This document shows positions 1 through 10,079 of a DNA stretch of 35,219 nt, piece by piece. Positions within the stretch are counted from its first letter, which is position 1. The number at the start of each line of letters is the position of its first letter. The translations under genes were made by a program, and so were the position numbers. The DNA lies in the NCBI RefSeq assembly GCF_001194135.2, contig NC_068981.1, positions 15,541,108 through 15,576,326 on the forward strand. Direction: 5' to 3'. The DNA is from Octopus bimaculoides (Eukaryota). Under the pieces are notes generated by a model. It worked only from the letters and a program-made list of their open reading frames with translations, had not been told where the DNA came from and did no database searches.

Positions 1-215
1 TATATATATATATATATATATATATGCATGTATGTATGTATGTACGTATGTATGTTTTATGCGTGTGCATGTATATATATATTTTTTATATATATTGAAA
101 TAATTGCCTAATTTCCCGCACACTGAGATGCACACAAACACAGACGCACACATACCCACACATACACACACACACCACACACACTTAAACACACATACAT
201 ACACGCATACACACT
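1..215. repeat. Compound (TA)n/(TATG)n/(CA)n microsatellite
   Basis: Simple repeats visible directly. Confidence 0.9.
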
Positions 216-562
216 AAAATGTGGTAATGAGAATGTGAATCTGTGTATGCATCTTGTGACTTTTGGAGGAGTTGTTTTCAAGCAACAAATTTACCTGCTC
301 GATAACATAATCAGAAGAAAATTTCAGTGGAATTTCATTGAGGTTTACGTTTGTTTAAAATTGATTTTTTATTTTTTTGTAGGTTTTCTGCACTACAATG
401 ACTAGAAGCATAACAGAAAATCAATGTTGCTATGGTAACTGGAATCTTAAGTACATGAAGTATACTAAGAAAACAAAGCATTAAAATGACTTATAAAATG
501 GAAGCAGACACACACACGCACATGCACGCACATATATATGGATGCGCATATATATATATATA

Positions 563-1458
563 NNNNNNNNNNNNNNNNNNNNNNNNNNNNNNNNNNNNNN
601 NNNNNNNNNNNNNNNNNNNNNNNNNNNNNNNNNNNNNNNNNNNNNNNNNNNNNNNNNNNNNNNNNNNNNNNNNNNNNNNNNNNNNNNNNNNNNNNNNNNN
701 NNNNNNNNNNNNNNNNNNNNNNNNNNNNNNNNNNNNNNNNNNNNNNNNNNNNNNNNNNNNNNNNNNNNNNNNNNNNNNNNNNNNNNNNNNNNNNNNNNNN
801 NNNNNNNNNNNNNNNNNNNNNNNNNNNNNNNNNNNNNNNNNNNNNNNNNNNNNNNNNNNNNNNNNNNNNNNNNNNNNNNNNNNNNNNNNNNNNNNNNNNN
901 NNNNNNNNNNNNNNNNNNNNNNNNNNNNNNNNNNNNNNNNNNNNNNNNNNNNNNNNNNNNNNNNNNNNNNNNNNNNNNNNNNNNNNNNNNNNNNNNNNNN
1001 NNNNNNNNNNNNNNNNNNNNNNNNNNNNNNNNNNNNNNNNNNNNNNNNNNNNNNNNNNNNNNNNNNNNNNNNNNNNNNNNNNNNNNNNNNNNNNNNNNNN
1101 NNNNNNNNNNNNNNNNNNNNNNNNNNNNNNNNNNNNNNNNNNNNNNNNNNNNNNNNNNNNNNNNNNNNNNNNNNNNNNNNNNNNNNNNNNNNNNNNNNNN
1201 NNNNNNNNNNNNNNNNNNNNNNNNNNNNNNNNNNNNNNNNNNNNNNNNNNNNNNNNNNNNNNNNNNNNNNNNNNNNNNNNNNNNNNNNNNNNNNNNNNNN
1301 NNNNNNNNNNNNNNNNNNNNNNNNNNNNNNNNNNNNNNNNNNNNNNNNNNNNNNNNNNNNNNNNNNNNNNNNNNNNNNNNNNNNNNNNNNNNNNNNNNNN
1401 NNNNNNNNNNNNNNNNNNNNNNNNNNNNNNNNNNNNNNNNNNNNNNNNNNNNNNNNNN
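563..1458. other. Assembly gap
   Basis: N run flanked by (TA)n on both sides. Confidence 0.99.
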
Positions 1459-1808
1459 ATATATATATATATATATATATACTTTCACAAATTCATTTTC
1501 AATATTTATTTTGTGTACACTCTATTCTCTGCTTGATGGGTTACAGTCAGTGCGTCGCTCATACAAATAAAAGTCATTCAGTATTTTGCATCTTCGCAGT
1601 CACTGTATCATGGAATACACATTCTAATTCTGGCAATGCAATACTAAGAAGACAAATTATACTCATCAAATTCCTGATTATGCCATCAGACACTATCAAT
1701 TGAACTAAATACAGGTTATCATACATAATTGGCAGGCAAATCCGTGGAGTGTCCTTACACGTCTCTGAACAAAATCACTAATATATATAAATAATAAATA
1801 TATATATA

Positions 1809-1849
<41 letters not shown>

Positions 1850-1855
1850 CATACG

Positions 1856-2285
1856 TATTCTTTTATTCTTTTACTTGTTTCAGTCATTTGACTGCGGACA
1901 TGCTGGAGCACCGCCTTTAGTCGAATCAAATCGACCCCNNNNNNNNNNTGCGGACATGCTGGAGCACCGCCTTTAGTCGAATCAAATCGACCCCAGGACT
2001 TATTCTTTGTAAGCTTAGTACTTATTCTATCGGTCTCTTTTTGCCGAACCGCTAAGTTACGGAGACCTAAGCACACCGGGGGACAAACATAGATACACAA
2101 CATATACACACACACATACATATATACGACAGGCTTCTTTCAGTTTCCGTCTACCAAATCCACTCACAAGGCTTTGGTCGGCTCGAGGCTATAGTAGAAG
2201 ACACTTGCCCAAGGTGCCACGCAGTGGGACTGAACCCGGAACCATGTGGTTCGTAAGCAAGCTACTTACCACACAGCCACTCCTA
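1856..2285 (-). mobile_element. tRNA-derived SINE (CORE-like central segment)
   Basis: The minus strand starts TAGGAGTGGCTGTGTGGTAAG, with A box TGGCTGTGTGG (2269-2279) and B box GGTTCAGTCCC (2226-2236). The plus-strand segment ACTTGCCCAAGGTGCCACGCAG resembles the MIR/CORE domain (from recall). A second copy of the head lies at 23408-23573. Confidence 0.85.
1939..1948. other. 10-N gap with 46-bp duplicated flank
   Basis: 1893-1938 is identical to 1949-1994. Confidence 0.95.
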
Positions 2286-3109
2286 NNNNNNNNNNNNNNN
2301 NNNNNNNNNNNNNNNNNNNNNNNNNNNNNNNNNNNNNNNNNNNNNNNNNNNNNNNNNNNNNNNNNNNNNNNNNNNNNNNNNNNNNNNNNNNNNNNNNNNN
2401 NNNNNNNNNNNNNNNNNNNNNNNNNNNNNNNNNNNNNNNNNNNNNNNNNNNNNNNNNNNNNNNNNNNNNNNNNNNNNNNNNNNNNNNNNNNNNNNNNNNN
2501 NNNNNNNNNNNNNNNNNNNNNNNNNNNNNNNNNNNNNNNNNNNNNNNNNNNNNNNNNNNNNNNNNNNNNNNNNNNNNNNNNNNNNNNNNNNNNNNNNNNN
2601 NNNNNNNNNNNNNNNNNNNNNNNNNNNNNNNNNNNNNNNNNNNNNNNNNNNNNNNNNNNNNNNNNNNNNNNNNNNNNNNNNNNNNNNNNNNNNNNNNNNN
2701 NNNNNNNNNNNNNNNNNNNNNNNNNNNNNNNNNNNNNNNNNNNNNNNNNNNNNNNNNNNNNNNNNNNNNNNNNNNNNNNNNNNNNNNNNNNNNNNNNNNN
2801 NNNNNNNNNNNNNNNNNNNNNNNNNNNNNNNNNNNNNNNNNNNNNNNNNNNNNNNNNNNNNNNNNNNNNNNNNNNNNNNNNNNNNNNNNNNNNNNNNNNN
2901 NNNNNNNNNNNNNNNNNNNNNNNNNNNNNNNNNNNNNNNNNNNNNNNNNNNNNNNNNNNNNNNNNNNNNNNNNNNNNNNNNNNNNNNNNNNNNNNNNNNN
3001 NNNNNNNNNNNNNNNNNNNNNNNNNNNNNNNNNNNNNNNNNNNNNNNNNNNNNNNNNNNNNNNNNNNNNNNNNNNNNNNNNNNNNNNNNNNNNNNNNNNN
3101 NNNNNNNNN
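2286..3109. other. Assembly gap
   Basis: N run. Confidence 0.99.
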
Positions 3110-3199
3110 GCTATTCCATAATGTTGGCATAGCTTCCAGTGTATATAGGTCCCAGCTCTGTCGTGTCTGTGAATATATTCCTTCTTAGCCAGGACTGGC

Positions 3200-3200
<1 letters not shown>
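3110..3200 (-). mobile_element. 5'-truncated R4/Dong-type LINE fragment (copy B), region just after the CCHC knuckle
   Basis: Minus-strand translation PVLAKKEYIHRHDRAGTYIHWKLCQHYGI is homologous to TPLAQK*YKRRRNNI in copy A. It starts directly after (TAA)21 and runs into the gap. Confidence 0.75.

Positions 3201-3263
<63 letters not shown>
3201..3263. repeat. (ATT)21 microsatellite
   Basis: Perfect trinucleotide array. Confidence 0.98.
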
Positions 3264-3265
<2 letters not shown>

Positions 3266-3312
3266 TGTTACTGCTTCGAATCTTAACCACTACACCATAT
3301 GTCCGTGGGCAA
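3264..3312 (-). other. Internally deleted tRNA-like remnant
   Basis: Minus strand reads GGACATATGGTGTAGTGGTTAAGA-TTCGAAGC. It has an A box (TGGTGTAGTGG) directly followed by a T-loop-like TTCGAA; the anticodon arm is absent. Confidence 0.5.
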
Positions 3313-3333
3313 TTATGGAATGAATTCTAGGTC

Positions 3334-3981
3334 TTATAAATCAAATAGTTGTCTATCCTTCCTTAATGGCGGTTGCCATATGCTGTTCATATCTGCACTC
3401 GGTCTGCTTAGGAAGACGTTGTGTCCTAGCACATATACTGCTTCTTTTAGTTTTCGTATTTTCCAATGGTGTCCAACGCCTATCATTTTAACTTCATCCC
3501 ACAGGGGGAGGTGGTCTCCATTTTTTCATACAAGATCAGCTATACCCGGTTTATCAATATCTCCTCGTGTCACAGCTTTGCGATGTTCGTCTACCCTTAT
3601 TTTGTCGGGGTGGCATGTTTCGCCTTTGTATAACCTACCACAGCAGTAGGGATGGTGTACACAGTGTCTTTGTCATATTCTATTCTATTGGTGGTTTTAC
3701 TCGAAGGAGATTTTTGGAAGTGTTGTATTACTCTTGAATGCTGTCCTGATGTCATATGGGCCGCATATCTTTTGTATCTTTTTGGAGAGGCCTTTCACAT
3801 AGGGCAGACAGACTGTGAATAATTTATTGGCTTCATCCTCTCTCTCTTCTTCATAATTGGAGTGGATAGTATACTTTTTGGGTAGCTGTTGCTTAACAGA
3901 TCGTTATTGAGCTTCATCATTTCTTCGTGGTGTGTATCACGATCGCTACTTATATTCTTTGCACGATCGCTACTATATTCT
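3334..3981 (-). mobile_element. Degenerate Penelope-like element, 3' part (RT C-terminus/linker + GIY-YIG endonuclease)
   Basis: Minus-strand translation across frameshifts: RAKNISSDRDTHHEEMMKLNNDLLSNSYPKSI; VCLPYVKGLSKKIQKICGPYDIRTAFKSNTTL; CCGRLYKGETCHPDKIRVDEHRKAVTRGDIDKPGIADLV*KNGDHLPLWDEVKMIGVGHHWKIRKLKEAVY..., with a stop at 3334-3336. This fits the PLE motifs NxYP, LPY and CxCGxxYxGETxxxxxxRxxEH. Confidence 0.88.
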
Positions 3982-3987
3982 AAATAT

Positions 3988-6193
3988 AGAACTGTACCAT
4001 CTGGTGTATTCGAGCGGTTCAAACTAGTTTTTTTTTTCTGCAAGTGCTCCAGCCGTGATGAAGCCCCTATTTGTTCCCTGTACTTCTCAAGATTTTATCC
4101 ATTGTTCCCAGGGCTCCGACAATTATTGCTACTACTACCTCCTTTTTCATGGACCACAACTGCTTCAACTCCCATGTCTATCGAATTTTCTTTCTTCCTT
4201 ATCGCATACCAAGTTGCCAGCTAGGCGTGCTATATCTATGATCCAGCATCGTTTGCTTTCTTTTTCAACAATATATCTGGTTTCCTATTCTCTATCTCAT
4301 GATCATATTAAAATATAAAATCCCATAGAACCTTTGAATTATAATTTTCGATGATGCCTTCGCATTTATGTTCATACTACTTTTTTGCTCTCTCAAGTTC
4401 ATACGTGTTGCAAAGGGTCAATGGACAATCTTTGTTATATTGTTACGACGTCTCTTATATTATTTCTGGGCAAGTGGCGTTCATTGACTGGTAATATGCC
4501 ATACAGTTTCACCATCTTGTCCACAAATTATGCACATATCACTTCCTGATGTGCTGTCTATTCTGTAGTAGATGTAATTGGTTTTATTGCTTGCTCTTGC
4601 GCAGCACAGATCAGAGCCACCGTCTCCGGTTTTAAATCAGTTTTAGTCATCCTCGGCTGTCTTTTCTCTCTGTCTATCTTATCTTCAACATCCCTATAAA
4701 ATTTTCCTTGCATCCCTTTCTTTATCCACCTATTTTCAGTTTCATTCATTCTCCAGTGCTTGTACGGTAATTTATCTGTGCAATTTTCCATCCTACACAG
4801 GCCCGACCTTCTTATTTCCAATAATAGTGGTTCTGTGGCATTTTGTTTTACATATCATGCTATGATGTTTTCTTTAGCTCTAATGCTGTGTTCGCATCCA
4901 ATCAATTCTCTTCTTCCTCATTTCCTTGTTACTTGCAGTCTATCTACGCCACTCTTTGGGTAGAGTATCCCATATCTAGTCAGTAACTTCCTTGTCTTTC
5001 TGTCTAAGCTGTTTAGTTCTTCTGCTGTCCATGCGATTACCCCTGCTCCATATCTAAGTAGTGTAACCGCCCAGGTGTTGATAGCTTCAATCTTATTCAG
5101 TTCGTTTAATTTTGTCTTATGTATAAGTCTCTGTCTACGCAAGTACTCCATCTTAAAGTTTTCTGTCATTTCTTTCTCCGTCAATTTATCCTTTTCCAAA
5201 ATCCCCAAGTACTTATAGCCCGTCTCTTCTATTTGCTTCATAACCACCCCCGACGGTATCGCTATTCCCTCCATACATTTGACTTTTGCCTCTCTTTAAA
5301 GCTAGCACACCACACTTTTTCAGTTCGAACTCCATTTTGATATCAATACTAAACATATATACCGTATCATCGAGGGAAGTAACTTGGGATTCATATTTAC
5401 TATAAAGTTTGAGGTCATCCCTTAATAACAAGTGTTTGACTTTTCGTTGGCGGCTCTTGAATGCATACTCAGATTTGCTATCCTTACAATTAGTGGTAGT
5501 GGCATGATTCACAGTGCAAAGATCAGTGGAAAGAGGCAATCCTCTTGGAAGACGACTGTGCTGATTTCTATTTTCTCCAAACCTCTTCCATAAGCTGTCA
5601 TTTACGTCCTCCACTTCGCCATACTTTTTCGAAGCAATCGCTCAACATTCCATGCAATACCAAATGTTTGCATACAATCCATAATCCAAAATTTGGGATT
5701 ATATCGTACACCTTACGATAATCGAACCATGCCATGGCTAAGTTAGTTTTCCTCCTCTTGGATTCTCTAAATACAATTTTGTCTAGCAGGATTTGATCCT
5801 TGATACTGTTACACTTGTGATTGCAACCCTTCTGCTCTTGTGGCAGGATTCTATTTTATCCAGACGTCCGTACGTTGACTCTTCCAGTCAATAATTTCTA
5901 CATAAGTTTCAAGCAGGATATCGGCCTGTAATTTTCTACCGTATTGCTTTTGTTGATGTTTCTCAAGCACAGCACTGTCCTATCCATTCTCAAACACTCT
6001 GGTGTTACTTGGTCAGCATTTAACAAGGTATTGAGTTGTGCAGCTATTCGTGCATTACATTCTTCAAATCATTTCATTCAATATTTTTGAATTCTATCTG
6101 GTTCCGGGGCCTTCCACTTGCCCGTTGTTTTTTTTTTTGTTTTTTTTTTATGATGATTTCTTTCACTTCCCTAACTGAAATGATAAGAACTAG

Positions 6194-6195
<2 letters not shown>
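3988..6195 (-). mobile_element. 5'-truncated degenerate R4/Dong-clade non-LTR retrotransposon (RT, CCHC knuckle, restriction-like endonuclease), copy A
   Basis: Minus-strand motifs in order: KAPGPDRIQ, NYRPISCL, EQKGC, LAMAWFDYRKVYD, KHLLLRDDLKLY (5402-5440), GYKYLGILE, DRKTRKLLT, DLKPETVALICAAQEQAI, CIICGQDGETVWHITSQ*, CWIIDIA, WELKQLWSMKKEVVVAIIVGALGT, TARIHQMV. There are many stops and frameshifts. Confidence 0.92.

Positions 6196-6267
<72 letters not shown>
6196..6267. repeat. (ATT)24 microsatellite
   Basis: Perfect array abutting the truncated 5' end of the LINE. Confidence 0.98.
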
Positions 6268-7009
6268 GTAGCTCACATCACAGTATTCTTATATTAACTG
6301 CTCCGCAATTCTTAACTGGCGTCGTGGAAGATGCACAGATGTTTTTCAATATATTTAAAAACAACTTGCCACTTACCTACTGAAAAGAGGCGTAATACGT
6401 TCGCGAATACAGTTCTGCATTTCTTTCTAATACTTTAAATGCACTCTGTAATGTTACTTGGACGGTGATGAATTCTCTGACGCCTATAGAGCTAAAAGGC
6501 ATGATTCAAAGATATGGTTATTAAATACAAATCTCTAAATTATGAACACGTAAATTTTGCGATGAGGAAGCTAGCTTAAGAACAGTGACTGTTTACAAAC
6601 TATTCTCAGGGGAATATTTTAAGCAGCAAATTTATTATATTATCTTTATACTATTCGTTCTAGTGTCATTCCTAATTTGTAAAACACTAACATTGGTCTC
6701 CTTGTACCACGTAGAAAATATATTTATTTACATATAGAATGAGAGGGGATTTCTTCCTTTACATACATACATGCATATATACATACACATATGCCTACAT
6801 ACATACATGCATGCAAACATACATACATGCATACATACATATATGTATGTGTGTGTGATGTGATTTTGTACATTTATATGTATATGGTAATTTTTATACA
6901 TTTTACCGTAAGAGATTTTTTTTATCTCCACGACAAATTCAGTGAGCTTGAATTAAGAAGTTAAAATATGTCACACACATATTTACATATGTCAAATAAC
7001 TTACAACTC

Positions 7010-7012
<3 letters not shown>

Positions 7013-7064
<52 letters not shown>

Positions 7065-7240
7065 ACATATATACATAAACATATACATATATATTATATA
7101 TATAGAGAGAGAGAAGAGAGAAAGAAGAGTGAGAGAGAGAGAAGAGTGAGAGAGAGAGAGAAGAGTGAGAGAGAGAGAAGAGAGAGACAAAGAGAGAGAG
7201 AGAGAGAGTGAGCGAGATAAGAGAGAGACAGAGAAAGAGA
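7013..7240. repeat. (CA)n, (TA)n and GA-rich compound repeat
   Basis: Visible simple repeats, including GAGAGAAGAGT-type units. Confidence 0.95.
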
Positions 7241-9047
7241 GATTGCTGGAACCTATGACGGTCTTCTGGAGAACGTATGTTGCCCATACAGTACAAATTA
7301 ATAACAGAGCTCGCAGCAGTGCAGCGAAGCTATACACAGAAGATAATCTCAATGCAACAAATTAGCTTCTAGGGAAGACGCAGAAGGTTAAGCCTCTTTT
7401 ATGCCAGTCATAAACGTTCGTGTTGAAAGTTATGCAAACACAAGAAAGCGGCACCATTTCATGGTGCCTAAAATTCCACCACTGCCGTCAAAATACATGA
7501 CCAGATACCACAATATATGTGTGTTATGTTCTTAAGGCTATTAGGAATCCATTCTTTCAAGGGAAAATGATAACTTTACTCAGACTCCATAACTAGCCTC
7601 AAGCTTGCCAGAGAATAAACTTCACCACAGAGACCAACATTTCGAGTAGAGATAAAGTGGTCATTGACATAGGTGTGACTTTTGACATATAGCTTCTTTG
7701 CAAATTCCCTTCAAATGAATGTTACTCACACGTCTTTTCTACGCTTTTCTCTACTTTTCTTCAGCAGACTTCACATACTTAACGTTTAGAGTAATAGGAG
7801 TGTTTCCGAAACAATTAAAACATTAAGTTAACGATTTAACCACGCCGAAATGCTCGTGCCCATACATATATATGCATGCTCCCGTGCAAAGTAATAAATG
7901 TAATCATAATTTGGTATCTGTCCATTCATATGCGTAGAAAATCTCTTACGGGGATATGCATAGTTTGATACAGAAATATGCGTTCGATTGGACCCCCTAC
8001 AGATGCATTCAAGTATATCTCTTATTCAACGAAAGACATGATAAAGTTTCCTACCTACACGATGTTTTTCAGTATATACTTAAATATATGAAATTAATTC
8101 TCTAAAGCACCTAGAAAAGATAAATGATATTTTTGTTGATTTCACTTAAAAGTAGGCGGTAGATCGATCATGCATACCTAAAAATTAATATATTTCTACT
8201 ATGCTCAACTTGTCTAAAGAAAATAATTTCATTTTTTCAATATTAATTTTCCAAAGGATTAATAGGTTATGTACATTGAAGAGTTTAGAATTAAATGTCT
8301 TTCACTATATATCCATATACTCTACAGTTTCATATAAAATTCAGCTGCCATCGTTTTCCCTTTATAAATTTGCGTATCGATATCAAAATTATCTTCTGTA
8401 AACAGGAATCACTTTAATACACTACATTGCCAACGTGTCAATATTAGTTTTATTGACAATTAAAAGAATAATAACAAATATAAATGTTATCAAACGAGTT
8501 TTAGATTATTTTATGGCGTGCAATGAACAATATCGTAAAATTTCCTGGAGGTGCGATTATGCCGTTCAAATACGGTTGCATGTTAACGATTTTGAATATT
8601 TTATTGTCAGTCCTGAACAAGAAGTCACACCATACGATATTGTATCACTTTTTTTCATTTTCGTTCTAGACATGAACATCATGAAGTATATCGAACGTTT
8701 TTTTTAAGTGTATACTGTAATTTAAAGAAGATTTGTTTTATTATTTTGCATTTAATTCTTTATTAATAATTTTCTGTACGACATGAAAATTTAAATGAAT
8801 ATTTGGTCATAGGTGTTATTTAAATAAAATGCAGTATAAATATTTTTTGTTGCATTCAATAGAACGATTTTAATATGACAATGAAGAAATGAAATTTTAC
8901 AAATATGTATTTGCATAGTGCTTTTTGTTTTGTTTTAAAATGCTTGTGCTTTATTTTTAAATCTTAATTAAATTTCTCCAGTTCTCGTAAACTTATGCAA
9001 ATAACGTATAATAACGTAAAACAATGCACCCTCCATATTTACATATA

Positions 9048-9710
9048 CAGGGGTTGGACGAAAAACCTAGCATCATAGCATCATAATTTTGAAATATCTA
9101 TAAAACTGTCAAGATCTTGTTTATTTTTATCTTTTTATCTTTATTTATTATTAGTGTTGCTTATTACGTTTTGCTAAAATTGCTGTGGATTTTCAGATAT
9201 CATCAGAAAAAGGTAATTAAAATTCATTAAAATGACAGATCTACTGGACTTTCAAAGAGGTCAAATTGTTGGTGCTCATATGCCAGGAAAACAGCCGAAA
9301 TGTTTGTTATATCAAGAAGTACTGTCTCGAAAATAATGACAGACTTTGAGAAAGAGAGAAAAGCCTCCTCATCGAAACAAAACTCCGGAAGAAAACAAAA
9401 GCTTTCAGAGAGGGACCGTCGGACTCTAACACAAATTGTTAGAAATGATCACAAAAGTACAGCTCGACAAAATTACTACAGAGCTTCATGACCACTTCGA
9501 GAAACCAGTTTCCAAAAAACCGTTCACCGGGAGCTGCAGAAAGCCGGATTTCATGGGAGGGCTGCAATCAGGACTTTCAAAAACAAACGTTGCAAAGCAT
9601 TTAGAATGGAGTAAAAACCCACAAAATTGGTCTCTAGAGCAGTGGAAGAATATCATTTTCTGGGACAAGTCATCCTTTACCTTACTTCCAACCATACGTG
9701 TGGAGACACC
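9048..9710 (+). mobile_element. 3'-truncated Tc1-like DNA transposon with decayed transposase
   Basis: TA|CAGGGGTTGGAC left end. From ATG 9232, across frameshifts: MTDLLDFQRGQIVGAHMPG/KTAEMFVISRSTVSKIM...SGRKQKLSERDRRTLTQIVRNDHKSTA/KITTELHDH..PVSKK/TVHRELQKAGFHGRAAI/..EQWKNIIFWDKSSFTLLPT/YVWRH. This is a paired HTH domain plus the first D of the DDE region. No right TIR was seen. Confidence 0.9.
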
Positions 9711-9725
9711 AATTCACACAATTAT

Positions 9726-10079
9726 TTTCTTCCTCTTCTTCTCTTTCTTTTTCTCCTTCATCTTTTTCTTTTTTCATTTTCTTCTCCTTCTTCTTCTTCT
9801 TCCCCTTTCTCTCCTGCTTCTTTTCTTTCTTCTTCATCTTCTCCTTCTTTTTCTTCTTCGTCTTCTTCTCTTTCTCCTCCCCCTCTTTCTACTTCTTTTT
9901 CTTCACTCCTCCCTCTTCCTCTTCTCTTTCTCCTTCTCCCTCTTCTTCTTAATTTTGTCCTTTTTCTTCTCTTTCTCCTTCTCCCTCTTCTTCTTAATTT
10001 TGTCCTTTTTCTTCTCTTTTCTTCTACTTCCTCTTCTTCTCTTTCTTCTTCTTCCTCTTCTTTTTCTGCTTCTTCTTCA
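9726..10079. repeat. TTC/TC-rich low-complexity tract with a 45-bp tandem duplication
   Basis: Pyrimidine-rich tract; 9921-9965 is repeated at 9966-10010. Confidence 0.92.

Noticed and set aside
1893-1994. 46-bp perfect tandem duplication inside a SINE
   Set aside because: It flanks a 10-N gap, typical of an unmerged contig overlap rather than real biology.
3520-3535. In-frame TGA in the Penelope endonuclease as selenocysteine (as in Naiad PLEs)
   Set aside because: It falls at an expected Trp position (TGG to TGA), not a Cys. The element has a C-terminal endonuclease and other disabling lesions.
3795-4043. 82-aa ORF as a single gene
   Set aside because: It is an accidental read-through of the out-of-frame LINE 3' end into the Penelope fragment.
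7450-7468. 8-bp perfect hairpin GGCACCAT-ttc-ATGGTGCC
   Set aside because: Isolated, with no supporting context.
7731-7830. Strong polypyrimidine acceptor at 7764/7765
   Set aside because: No convincing donor follows and all frames close within about 20 codons.
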